Origin: an uncultured Chloroflexia bacterium
GTDB taxonomy: Bacteria; Chloroflexota; Dehalococcoidia; DSTF01; JALHUB01
Direction of reading: 5' to 3'
Assembly (NCBI GenBank): GCA_963726245.1
Contig: CAVSBT010000038.1
Span: forward strand, 51,398 to 115,397
Length of the DNA: 64,000 nt
A model generated the notes under the pieces. It was given only the letters and a program-made list of their open reading frames with translations, did no database searches and was not told the origin of the DNA. This document shows, one piece after another, positions 40,123 to 50,901 of this stretch (position 1 is the stretch's first letter; every line of letters starts with the position of its first letter). The position numbers and the translations under genes were made by a program.

Positions 40123-40451
40123 GCTTTACTCCTTCCGAATGCGAAGCCCCTGACCAGGCAGTCGGGGGCCTGCCAGCCCGCCGGGTCCGCCAGGCGTTAG
40201 GACCGTCAAGACAGCATCAACGGGCAAGGCCCGATCTTCGTTACAGTCCCCTCCTCTACGTGATCATCGGTCGCGACCGGCCGCCGGACTAGGGGCAAAT
40301 TCCGCTCACGTGCCATTTCTGGCGGTCCTAGCGCCAGGGTCCGTGGATGGGCAACGCGATCGCCCCGGCGGGGATGCCGGGGCGATCAAGGGCCGGTGCG
40401 TTCGGCCGCTACGCCGGAACAGCTAGGGTAAAGGGGATCGCCAGTGGAGCG

Positions 40452-41898
40452 CTAGATAGAAAGGACGCGCTTGGCGAGGCTGATCTTGCCCTCGAGGTTC
40501 GCCTGACGGCCGATCATGATCCGCTGGGCGGTCGGTGGGCCGGCCCCGTGCATCGATTCGATCAGGTAGGCCACGGAGCCGGCGCCGGCGACCAGGTTCT
40601 CGATCAGGCGCAAGACCTTCATCCGGTCGGTGACCTCGACGCCTTCCGCGGCGGCCAGGTACTTCCGTGATGTACGGCCCGGCCACCGGGTCGTTCAGGT
40701 CCTTGGCTGAGGGCATCGTGCCCAGGAGCCCGCCCGCGATGTCGGTCGCGAGGCGCGCCAGCTCATAGGGGAAGCGGGTCACGTTGAGCTTGCAGACGTT
40801 GGCGAGCAGCATGTCGATCTCGTAGTTGCCCGCGAGGGTCTGGTGCCCGAGGGCGGAGCAGGCGATCCCGGCCGAGAACATGGTCTCGTTGAGGTGGACC
40901 ATCTCGACGAGCTTGTCGCGGACGTGAGAGGCGCCCTCGACTCCGTTCATGCGGGCGATGAGGGCCGTCGCGCCGATCAGGACGTCGCCGACGCCGACCT
41001 TGCAGCCGCCGTAGCTCTGCCGGTGATAGGCGGCGAAGCGCTCCACCAGCTTCCCCGACTGGTCCACCTCGCCGTCCATGAAGATCCGCTCCGTCGGCAC
41101 GAACACGTCCTCGAAGACGGTCATCACCTCCTGGCCGCCGAAGCGGACGTTGCCGACGTCCAGGTTGGGGTCCTCCAGCTTTCGGGTGTCGCTGGTCTGC
41201 CGGCCGTAGATGTAGCGGATGCCCGTGGTGTTCGTGGGGAGGGCGAAGGAGATCGCCCAGTCTTCCTCTCCCTGCCTCATGCCTATCGTTGGCATGACGA
41301 TGATCTCGTGGGAGTTCAGCATGCCGGTCTGGTGCAGCTTGGCGCCCCGCACCACGACGCCGTCGCTCTTTCGCGCCACGACACGCAGGTAGAGGTCAGG
41401 GTCCGCCTGGTCCCGAGGCCGCTTGCCGCGGTCGCCCTTGGGGTCGGTCATGGCGCCGTCCACCACCAGGTCCTCCGACTGGACACGCGCCCAGTAGTCC
41501 TTGAAGCGGCGGTGGTAGTCGGTGCCATGCTCCTGGTCGCATTCGTAGGTCACGCTGAACATCGCGTTGGCCGCGTCCATCCCGACGCAGCGCTGGAAGC
41601 AGCAGGAGGTCACGTTCCCGCAGTAGCGCTGCATCCGCACCTTGTTGATGAGGTCCTCCGTGCTCTGATGGAGGTGGGTGAAGCGGTTTATCTCCTCGCC
41701 CGTGATTGACGACCGTGCCCGGAAAAGGGGCTGGCTTTCCTTGTCATGCGCGCAGTCGAAGGTCGCCGCGACGGCACGAACGGAGGGCGTCACAAGAGGA
41801 TGGTCCGGCAGCGCCCCCACCTCTTCGCCCATGACGTGGGCTTCGAGATGGAGCTCCTTCAGGGAAGCGACGTACTCGGCTCCTGTTCTCACGGCCAT
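40452..41898 (-). CDS. abfD: 4-hydroxybutyryl-CoA dehydratase family (AbfD/HpaB-like), frameshift ~40665
   Basis: CFQRCVGMDA and HRQSYGGCKVG ([4Fe-4S] ligands); TDPKGDR; the C-terminus ESMHGAG...KRVLSI* is in a shifted frame. Confidence 0.88.
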
Positions 41899-42033
41899 CT
41901 CCTTGTCCTCCTCTTCCCAACAAGTCCGGTGCCGTCGGCGACGCCGCCTGGTCCGATCTACGTACATTCTATCACTATTGCCAGTCAATTGTGACGATTT
42001 TGGCAAGCGGCCGGCGATGGGGATGCGCCCTGG

Positions 42034-42057
42034 AGGGGCGCAGCATGCTGCGCCCCT
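42034..42057. repeat. Perfect 24-bp REP-like palindrome
   Basis: AGGGGCGCAGCATGCTGCGCCCCT. Confidence 0.7.
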
Positions 42058-42116
42058 GCGCGGTCGGCGACTTCTGATGCCCCAGCCTTCAGGTTGGGAG
42101 TGGCATCCCGAAGCCC

Positions 42117-43373
42117 TCAGACGTAGCTTCCGATGAGTGCCTGGGCGCCGGTTAGAGCCAGCACGTCGTTGGCGCCGTCCTCGATCATCGAGGCGCGGGC
42201 ATCCCTGAACAGCTTCTCGACCAGGAAGTCCTTCGATAGGCCGTAGCCGCCGAAGAGCTGGATCGCGTCGCTGGCGACCTGAAACGCGACCTCGGTGCAG
42301 TAGACCTTGGAGGCGATGCCGTACCTCGACACCGGCGGCATCGCCACGCCGTTGTGGATCGCCACCGCCCGCGACAACTGCCTGGCCGACTCCACCTTGA
42401 TGAACATGTCGAACAGCTTCCGCTGCACCAGTTGGTGCTCGCAGATTGGCTTGCCTCCCTGCACCCGCTGCTTGCAGTAGGTCATCGCTTCCTCGAAGGC
42501 GGCGCGGGCGACGCCGGTGAAAGCCGCGCCCATCCCGCCGTTGGCGATGGCGAGGATCAGGTCCCCTGCCCAGGCGTACATCGCCGGCTCCACCAGCACG
42601 TAGTCCTTCGGGATGCGCACCTCGTCGAAGAAGACCTCTCCCTGGTTGAGGGCGCGCTGCCCCAGCTTGTTGAGCGGCTTTCCCCTCGAGACGCCGGGAA
42701 GGTTGAGGGGAACGATGGCTATGCCGCTCGAGGCCATCCCCTTCGACCGGTCGACGGCGAAGTGGACCATGGCGTGGCTGGCGATGGTGCCGTTGGACAC
42801 CCAGGCGGACTTCCCGCCGCTCATCACCCAGTCGTCTCCGTCGGCCTTCGCCCAAGTGTCGAAGGAGACGCTGGGGTCGCCGGCCAGCTCCGCCAGGCTC
42901 GCCCCCGCCGCGTCCGAGCCGTGCTGCGGCTCTGTGATCGCCCAGCAGCCGATGTACTTCGCCTCCCTGTCCTTGATGTAGGGCGTCACTATGTCGTCCA
43001 TGAGGCGCTTGTTGCCGGTGAGCTGGACGGACAGCAACGCCGTGGAGAAGGGCATCGCTGACGCGCCCAGCCCGATGGCGAAGTCCACCGCTCCCCAGCC
43101 CATCTCCTCGGAGACGACGTGGGCGTCGAGGCCGCGCACGTTGGCGCCGCCGAGCTCCTCGGGCATCCCGGCGAGGTGACGCTCCAGCTCGTAGAACTTG
43201 CGGAACACGTCCCAGAACGGTGAGCCGTCCTTGATCACGTCCTGCGGGTCGGCGAGCTTGTCCAGCTCGACGCTGGCCGGCCGGGCCACCTCGGCGGCGA
43301 ATCTGTGGGTTTCGTCCCTGAGAGCGATCTGCGTGGCGGTCAATTCGGGGTTCAGCTCCAGATAGGTGCTCAT
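42117..43373 (-). CDS. Acyl-CoA dehydrogenase
   Basis: ITEPQHGSD, KLGQR, RVQGGKPI, QLFGGYG and IEDGANDV. Confidence 0.94.
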   Translation of the reverse strand: MSTYLELNPELTATQIALRDETHRFAAEVARPASVELDKLADPQDVIKDGSPFWDVFRKFYELERHLAGMPEELGGANVRGLDAHVVSEEMGWGAVDFAIGLGASAMPFSTALLSVQLTGNKRLMDDIVTPYIKDREAKYIGCWAITEPQHGSDAAGASLAELAGDPSVSFDTWAKADGDDWVMSGGKSAWVSNGTIASHAMVHFAVDRSKGMASSGIAIVPLNLPGVSRGKPLNKLGQRALNQGEVFFDEVRIPKDYVLVEPAMYAWAGDLILAIANGGMGAAFTGVARAAFEEAMTYCKQRVQGGKPICEHQLVQRKLFDMFIKVESARQLSRAVAIHNGVAMPPVSRYGIASKVYCTEVAFQVASDAIQLFGGYGLSKDFLVEKLFRDARASMIEDGANDVLALTGAQALIGSYV

Positions 43374-43573
43374 CTCGGCTCCTCTTTCGTCGGGCGGGCC
43401 CGTTGGGCTCCGTGGTCGCCTCTGCTGAATGGAGTTTGGCGCGCCGCGAGCGATGCCGCAAGCCCCCTTCGCTTTGCCCTGTCCTCTGCCTCGATGTAGA
43501 ATCTAGCCCGCGGCCACGCCGCGCGCGCCAACCGAACCACGTCTTGAAAGGGCAAGGAACGGAGATTCTGACG

Positions 43574-44646
43574 ATGTCTACCAGAGATGCCTACGACGCA
43601 CTAACAGAGAGGCTGGGCTTCCCCGGCTCGGCCCGCTTGCGCGCCACGCTCGAGATGCTGATGACGCCCGAGCAGGCGAGGCTGGCCGAGGCCCTCCCCG
43701 GCAGCATCTCCGAGGTCGCCGCGAAGACCGGCGTCCCCGAGGACGACGTGCGGAAGAGCCTCGACGAGCTCTACCGCAAGGGCGTGGTGTTCCCCAAGGA
43801 CTTCGCCAACCGCGATTACTATCGCTTCGCTCGCAACATCGTCCAGTGCCACGACGCCACGCAGGCCAGCCGGGACCTGGACCCCGAGAAGGACCGCGCC
43901 TTCTACCAGCAGTGGCATGACTTCTGCAACGAAGAGATGTATCCGCGACTGGCGATCATCTTCAAAGTCCTTGGCCTCACCCCTGTCCCGTGTCGTTCCC
44001 GCCTACAACGCCATCAAGGACCTGCCGCGGCGTCCTGCCCGCTGAGAACTTCCACGAGCTTCTGAAGGCCCAGGAGCTCATCGCCCTCGTGCCCTGCTCG
44101 TGCAGGATGCGGACCACCTCCATCGGCGAGCAGTGCGAGCACACCGCTGAGGCAGAGGCCTGGCACTGCCTTCAGTTCGGGCGCGGCGCCGAGTACGTGA
44201 TAAGCCGCGGCTCCGGCAAGAAGCTCAGCACGGCGGAGGCCCTGGCGCTCTGCGATGCCATAGAGGAGGACGGGCTCCTCCACATGTGGCCCAACAACGC
44301 CGAGATGACCGGCGTCAACACCAGTTGCCAGTGCTGCCGCGACTGCTGCGAGAACTACGTGTCTGTGGACCAGGCGGCGATCTCTATCGGCACGACGTGG
44401 CAGAAGAGCCGCTACGAAGCCTACGTCGCCGACCTCGACTCCTGCACCGGCTGCCAGGACTGCGTCGACCGCTGCCAGTTCGACGCCATCGAGATGGTGA
44501 AGGCCGCGGGGAGCAAGAGGCTGAAGGCCGCCATCGACGCCGAGAAGTGCTTCGGCTGCGGCGCCTGCGTGGTCGGCTGCTCGCCGGAGTCCCTGAAGAT
44601 GCGGGTGGTGCGCCCGCCGGAGTTCATCCCGGGCGCCGTCGCCTAG
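43574..44646 (+). CDS. wHTH plus Cys-rich 4Fe-4S binding protein, frameshift(s) ~43985-44030
   Basis: N-terminal HTH (ISEVAAKTG...LDELYRKG), PCSCR, CLQFG, CQCCRDCC and two CxxCxxCxxxC motifs. Confidence 0.82.
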
Positions 44647-44726
44647 CTCACTTGGCGTTGACAGTCCGACCGAAGCGGCGTTACAGTTTCCTCGTTTGGT
44701 GGACAGGTGAGCACGCAGGCGGGGCG

Positions 44727-46772
44727 GTGCATCAGCCGGGCGGATCTCTGACCTCTGATCAAGGCGAAGCCGCCAGCGGCGGCGGGCGCCGCCTCCCCCA
44801 CCAGCCGGCGCTCGACGGCATCCGCGGTCTGGCCGTCGCCGCCGTTCTCGCCTACCACGCCGGCCTTCCCTGGGCACGCGGCGGCTTCCTCGGCGTCGAC
44901 GCCTTCTTCGTCCTCAGCGGCTACCTGATCACCAGCCTCCTCCTCCTGGAGTGGCGTGCCCGCGGCGCCATCGCCCTCTCCGCGTTCTGGGCGCGCCGTG
45001 CCCGCCGGCTCCTTCCGGCGCTGTTCCTCATGCTCATCGGTGTCGGCGGCTATGCTCTCGTCTTCGCCGCGCCCGAGGAGATTGGGAAGCTGCGCGGCGA
45101 CGCGCTCGCCACCCTCGGCTACGTGGCCAACTGGCGGCCCCTGTTCACCGGGCAGTCCTACTTCGATCAGTTCTCCATCCCCTCTCCTCTCCGCCACACC
45201 TGGTCGCTTGCCATCGAGGAGCAGTGGTACGCGTTCTGGCCGCTGCTGCTCCTGGTCCTTCTGCGCCTGCGCCGCGCCTCGCTGCGGACGCTGCTCGGGG
45301 TATCGCTGGTCATGATCGCGGCCTCCGCCCTCCTTATGGGCTGGCTGTACGACCCCGGCTCCGACCCGTCCCGCGTCTACTACGGCACCGACACTCGAGC
45401 GCAGTCCCTGCTCATGGGAGCGGCGCTGGCGATGCTGCTCATGCAGCGCGGCCCCCTGCGCTCCCGCCTTGCGGGACACACGCTTCAGATCGCCGCGCTC
45501 GCCTGTGCCGTGGGGCTCGGCTGGGTCTGGGCCACGGCTTCCGGCGACAGCGTCTTCCTCTATCGCGGCGGCTTTCTCCTCCTCGCCGCCGCCGTCGCCG
45601 TCGTGATCGCCGCTTCCGTGCAGCCGAAGGCCGGCCCCATCGGCAGGGTGCTCTCCCTGCCGCCGTTGCGCGGCCTCGGCCTCATCTCCTACGGCGTCTA
45701 CCTGTGGCACTGGCCCATCTACCTCGTCCTGACCCCTGATCGAACCGGCTGGGACGGCTACGGGCTGTTCGCGGCGCGTGTCCTGGTGACTCTGGCGATC
45801 TCGGTGACCTCATATCGGCTCCTCGAGATGCCGGTCCGGCGTGGCGCCCTCCGGCGGTGGCGGGCCTCCTGGACGCTTGCGCCGGCGACCGCTGCCGGGC
45901 TTGCCGTTGCGCTCGTCCTCGTCACCCGCGGCGGAGCGCCCGCCTTCTCTTTGTCATCTACGTCACCCTTCGGCGCGATGCCCTCGGCCGGCTTGATCTC
46001 CGAGGTGGCCGGCACGGAAGTGGCTGCTTCGGGGCCCGTACGGGTCATGGCGCTGGGCGACTCGGTCGCGCTTTCGATGGCGTGGGGGCTGGAGCGGCAG
46101 GGACCGGGCTGCGGTCTTACCGTGCTGAACAGGGGCGGCCTTGGCTGCGGCTTCCTGCCGGGCGAGGAGGAGCTCGACTCCCACGGCAAGTGGTCAACGG
46201 TGAAGGCGGATACGTGTAAGGAATGGCGGGATACGTGGTTGCCGGACATGGATACGTTCCGGCCCGACGTCGTCGTGATGCTCTTCGGCCCCTGGGACAC
46301 CCTCGACTTGAAGGTGGGAGGCCGAGTGCTGGAGGTCGGCAGCCCGGAGTGGCAGGCCTATGCGCTGGAGGAGCTAAGCCACACCGTCGATGTGCTCTCG
46401 GCGCGCGGCGCCAAAGTCATGCTCCTCACGTCCCCCTGTTTCAAGCCACGCGATCTGGGGCTCGATGCGGAGGCGCGTGTCCAGCTCAATCCCGAGCGTG
46501 TCGGCGAGCTCAACGACCTCTACCGTGAGTTCGCGCGGCAGCACGCCGACCAGGTTGCCATCACCGACCTGAACGGCTTTGTGTGCCCGGAAGGCGAGTA
46601 CACTGACCTCACCATCGACGGCGTCCGTCTGCGTGAAGACGGCGCCCACTTCACACCTGAGGGCGCCGATCTCGTGGCGCGCTGGCTGGCGCCCCAGATC
46701 ATCGCGGCTGTGCCGGAAGCACGCCGGCCGGCCTTGGGCGTCGACGCGTCTACGTCCGAATGCCGCAGGTGA
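44727..46772 (+). CDS. Acyltransferase-3 plus SGNH hydrolase (OatA/OafA-like O-acetyltransferase)
   Basis: LDGIRGLAV, GVDAFFVLSG, RARRLLP, WSLAIEEQ, SYGVYLWHWP; SGNH motifs GDS and DGAH. Start uncertain. Confidence 0.9.
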   Translation: MHQPGGSLTSDQGEAASGGGRRLPHQPALDGIRGLAVAAVLAYHAGLPWARGGFLGVDAFFVLSGYLITSLLLLEWRARGAIALSAFWARRARRLLPALFLMLIGVGGYALVFAAPEEIGKLRGDALATLGYVANWRPLFTGQSYFDQFSIPSPLRHTWSLAIEEQWYAFWPLLLLVLLRLRRASLRTLLGVSLVMIAASALLMGWLYDPGSDPSRVYYGTDTRAQSLLMGAALAMLLMQRGPLRSRLAGHTLQIAALACAVGLGWVWATASGDSVFLYRGGFLLLAAAVAVVIAASVQPKAGPIGRVLSLPPLRGLGLISYGVYLWHWPIYLVLTPDRTGWDGYGLFAARVLVTLAISVTSYRLLEMPVRRGALRRWRASWTLAPATAAGLAVALVLVTRGGAPAFSLSSTSPFGAMPSAGLISEVAGTEVAASGPVRVMALGDSVALSMAWGLERQGPGCGLTVLNRGGLGCGFLPGEEELDSHGKWSTVKADTCKEWRDTWLPDMDTFRPDVVVMLFGPWDTLDLKVGGRVLEVGSPEWQAYALEELSHTVDVLSARGAKVMLLTSPCFKPRDLGLDAEARVQLNPERVGELNDLYREFARQHADQVAITDLNGFVCPEGEYTDLTIDGVRLREDGAHFTPEGADLVARWLAPQIIAAVPEARRPALGVDASTSECRR

Positions 46773-47081
46773 GCAAACCGTCCCACTCGCTCAGGGGCTT
46801 GCTCGAGGTCACCACGAAGACTATTCTTCGTGCTTCCTCCTTGTGAGAGATCGTGCACTTCGCCCACAACCTCGTGTGTCTCGGGGCTGATGACGAACGT
46901 CAGGCCGTCTATCTCCTGAACCAGGTCGGATTCGCGGATCGTATCCACGCTCAACCCCAGCGAGGGGTCGCAACACCCTGTGAACTGGAGTTCGAGGCGA
47001 ACGGGCCCCTGCACGCCCATGCTCGGCGAGGGCTGATTTGACGGCTTCGCCTGCGCCTGGCTCCAACGTGACCAAAGACAT
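46750..47081 (-). CDS. HesB/IscA-like Fe-S biosynthesis family protein, frameshifted
   Basis: Pieces MSLVTLEPGAGEAVK..., VRLELQFTGCCDPSLGLSVD...IDGLTFVI and VTSSKPLSEWDG. Confidence 0.65.
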
Positions 47082-47172
47082 CGCTTCTCTCTCTTTCCCT
47101 GGGATGCAGGGGAAAGGCTAAGGGGCAGAACACATCACGTTCTGCCCCTCTATTATAGCCCTTTGAACGTGG

Positions 47173-49840
47173 CTAGTAGGCTTGCTGGAAGACTGCCAGA
47201 ACTTCGGCCGGGTCACCCGTAGGACGCGCATTGAACATGATGTTCGAGTCAGCCAGCGCGTGGAATGCGCACAGTCCAAGGCCGTCTTCCGGCACGCCAA
47301 CGTCGCGCAGCCTCAGGGGATGGCCAACCTTCTTCATCAGGGCTTCTATTGCGTCCGCGCCAGCCAGGGCCTGGTCGCGCTCTTTGGTGCCGTTCGCCTG
47401 GACTCCCAGCGCCTGCGCGACCATCGCCAGCTTGGCGGTGGCGTGGTCGACGTTGAAACGCATCACCTTGGGCAAGACGATGCCGCAGGCCGCTCCGTGG
47501 GGAACGTGGTGCAGCGTCCCCACCGTGTGCGCCATGGCATGGGCCAGACCGACCTGGGCGATGGTGAACGCCCATCCCGCCATGGTGGCTGCTATCTGCA
47601 TGTTGAGCCGGGCCTTCTCGTTCTTGCCGTCGGCCACGACGAGCGGCAGGTTCTCACTGATCAGCCGAATGGCGTGCAGCGCCTGACCGTCGCAGACCTG
47701 GTTCGACATGATGCTCGTCATAGCCTCAACGGCATGGGTCATCGCGTCCATGGCAGAGGCTGACCGTCATATTCTTGGGCAGGGTCATGGTGAAACTGCG
47801 GGTCGAGAATGGCCGCGTTCGGTACGATCCTCGGGTCTGCTATGAAGAGTTTACGCCCCGCGGTCTTGTCTGTTATGACAGCCGACGTTCGTCACTTCGC
47901 TGCCGGTTCCCGCCGTCGTTGGAACGACAATGTGCGGGGTCTGCGGCTCAGAAAGCGCATACCAACGATTGAGGTAGTCGTTGGCCTTGCCGCCGCTCTT
48001 CAAGGCAATGCAGACCGTTTTGCCTGCATCGATGACGCTGCCGCCTCCGACACTGACGATGCAGTCCGCCTTCAGTTCGCGGGCCGCTTCAGTGGCGCCG
48101 TCGACGGATTCCAGGTCCGGGTCCTGCGGTATCTTGTCATAGATGCCCACACAGAAATCCGCGAGCGCGTTCTTGACAAGGTCCGCAAGTCCGGCCTTCC
48201 TGACGCCGGGATCGGTGAGTATCAGCGCCCTGCGGCAGCCCAGGTCGACGACCAGCTTGCCAATTGATGACAGGCAGCCATGACCGGCGACCACGTTGGT
48301 CGGGCAATTGTAGTTGAAGCCCTCGATCTTCTTGTTGTCCCTCAGGAGAGTGAGGGGGAAGTTGGTGTTGGAGTCAGAGTAGTAGGGGACGTGGATGCGC
48401 TTGATCTGCGTGTACTCCTCCAGCCCCCATTTGCCCAACTCGCGTCCCACGCCGGACTGCTTGTACCCGCCGAAGGGGCAGTACTCCGCAAAGATGTGGA
48501 AGTTGTTGATCCACATGGTGCCGGTGCGGACCCCGCGGGCCACGCGCTCGGCTCTGGCGATGTTGGTGGAGAACACGCCGCCAGCGAGGCCGTAGATGGA
48601 ATCGTTGGCGATGGCGACCGCCTCTTCGTCGCTGTCGTACTTGATGACGCAGACGACAGGGCCGAAGATCTCTTCCTGCGCGATGCGCATCTTGTTGTCG
48701 ACGTTTGCGAAGATGGTTGGGGCGTAGTAGTATCCGCCCTCCATTCCCTTGACCTCGACACGCTTCCCGCCGGTGATCACCTCCGCGCCCTCTTCCTTGC
48801 CCAGCTTGACGTAATACTCAATCGTGGCCAGTTGCTCCTTGCTGACGACGGGACCCATGTGGGAGGTTCGGGTCAAGCTGGTAGCCTATGCGGAGGGCTT
48901 CCGCCCGCTTCTTCATCCTGTCGACGAACTCATCGTAGATCTTCGAGGGGACGAGAACCCGCGTGCCTGATTCGCATATCTGGCCCTGGTGAAGGAACGT
49001 GCCGTAGCAGGCGCCTTCCACGGCCAGTTCCATGTCCGCGTCGTCAAGGATGATGTTGGCGGACTTGCCGCCGAGCTCAAGCGTCACCTTCTTCACCGTG
49101 TCGGCCGCCATCCGCATGATCTCGCGGCCCACTTCGGTGCTGCCGGTGAAGGCTATCTTGTCCACGTCCGGGTGGGTGCAGAGGGTCTTGCCCAGGGCCC
49201 CTCCCGGTCCCGGGATCACGTTGAGTACGCCCTTGGGGATGCCTGCCGCCTTCGCAGCCTCAGCCAAAATGACGGCTGTGAGAGGGGTATTCGAGGCCGG
49301 CTTCACGACGATGGTATTGCCCATGATGAGGGCCGGTGCGATCTTCCACATGGCCAGAGCTGTAGGGAAGTTCCAGGGAACAATTCCCACGCATACCCCG
49401 ACCGGCTCCCTCCGGACGTACTCGCGGCCCGGCGAGAAGGCATTGCCAGAGGCGACGATCTCCTCCTCGAAGGGGAACTGCCTGGCGGCATAGGTGGCCA
49501 GGTTGCGGATTAGCAGGCTGGCCCACATGACGATGATCTTGGCGTAGCCAACAATCTGGCCCGCGTCCATGCATTCGGTCAACACCATGCGCACGCCCTG
49601 CTGCGAGATCTGGTCTGCGAAGTCCTGGAGTATCGCTATGCGGGTGGAGATGTCAAGGCCGCTCCAGACCCCGCTGTCAAAGGCGCGGCGTGCGGCCGCT
49701 ATGGCCGCCTCTGCATCAGCCGTCCCGGCTTGCGCCACTGTGGCAAAGGGGAGCCCGGTCCCCGGGTCGATCGTTTCGAACGTCTTTCCATCCTTGGCGT
49801 CGACAAACTCACCGTCTATAAAGAGCTTGTACTGGTCCAT
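47173..49840 (-). CDS. Fused aldehyde dehydrogenase and iron-containing alcohol dehydrogenase, several frameshifts
   Basis: ALDH motifs PWNFP, ELGGKS, GQIC and EEIFGP run in frame (ORF 47851-48876) into Fe-ADH motifs GGGSVID and PTTAGTGSE, followed by DAMTHAVE, HAMAH and HG. Confidence 0.88.
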
Positions 49841-50260
49841 TGAGAATCCTCCTTAGGTGTGAGCGAGGGGTGCGGCAGGGCGGTCGAGGATTGTGGAGTG
49901 TGCTTCGTTCCTTCAGCCTCGTCTATGGCCAGGATTCACGTTTTGGATTCCGGATGGTCTGATCGTACATAGGGGGAGCAGCCAGTGTCAACGCAACAGG
50001 GCGTAGTTGGATGACGGGTGCAGACGCTGCTATCGATCTTTCGAGAAGTCCGCCTTGAGGGGGCGCGTCCGGCAGTGTTATGTTAGAAGTAGAGATGGTT
50101 CCAGATACGGAAACGAGGCTTGCGCGGGATGCGGGGCCCGCGGCGGCTCAGGTTCTTGAGACTGCCGGAAGGCCGCGCCAGCGGAAGCACCAAGAGATCC
50201 CCCGAAGTCGAGACGTGCTTCCGTTCCACCGGCTGGGTTGGGGTGTGGAGGAGGGGAGCG

Positions 50261-50845
50261 ATGCGTTGGGCGTTCGGGGTTTGTTCTCGGTGTGGCGGCG
50301 AGCTGCATGCCAAATTGGGCCAGGTGGCCTTGGTTTGTCTTGCATGCGGTTTGAGGGAGCCCCTGCCAAGGTTGCCGAAGATTCGCGGAGCGGCGGACAG
50401 AGCAAACGGAACGCCGGGCCTGTCGCTCTTGGATGGCGCAGTCGGCCTGGTGGAAGTGGAGGCCAGGAGTCGCCGTATCATCAGGGAAGCGGCCAGCGCA
50501 AAAGGGTACCAGTTGATCCCGATGGACCGGCCTTCGGCACTGGCGCGTTCAGGGCAGAGCGAGCGTGGGCCTTTTGACCTACTGATGGTAGAGGCTGATC
50601 GTGGGAGTCTGGCCGTGAAGCTGGCGGAGCATCTGCGACCCGCCTTCCCAGCGGCCCCGGTCGCCATCATTCTGAACCACTGGTCCGAGGCTGAGACGGA
50701 AGCCCACAGGGCGGCGGAGTTCGTGTTGCACGCACCCCTCCGCGAGGTGGAAGTATCACGCGTGTTGCAGATTATCGAGGACTACGGCGGCTGGCTTCCC
50801 GCCCCGCTTCTGGCCTCCGCGCAGCGAGAGGGTCTCGTAGGCTGA
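50261..50845 (+). CDS. Zinc-ribbon plus pseudo-receiver domain protein
   Basis: CSRC..CLAC N-terminus; receiver-like FDLLMVE...PVAII...FVLHAP; GGAGGAGG RBS. Confidence 0.65.
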   Translation: MRWAFGVCSRCGGELHAKLGQVALVCLACGLREPLPRLPKIRGAADRANGTPGLSLLDGAVGLVEVEARSRRIIREAASAKGYQLIPMDRPSALARSGQSERGPFDLLMVEADRGSLAVKLAEHLRPAFPAAPVAIILNHWSEAETEAHRAAEFVLHAPLREVEVSRVLQIIEDYGGWLPAPLLASAQREGLVG

Positions 50846-50901
50846 GACCGCAGATAGACTCTACGACCGCCTGAATGAGCTGACGCTGGCGCGAGAGGAT
50901 C

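Noticed and set aside
40423-43461. 1012-aa ORF suggesting a giant fusion protein
   Set aside because: Its N-terminal half is an off-frame shadow of the acyl-CoA dehydrogenase. The real AbfD starts at 41898 after a GAGGAGG RBS.
44286-44726. N-terminal extension of the 828-aa acyltransferase ORF
   Set aside because: It overlaps the Fe-S gene in another frame and is low-complexity GC read-through.
46960-46990. Selenocysteine in the HesB-like protein
   Set aside because: The motif is encoded as GCC with two Cys codons and there is no in-frame TGA.
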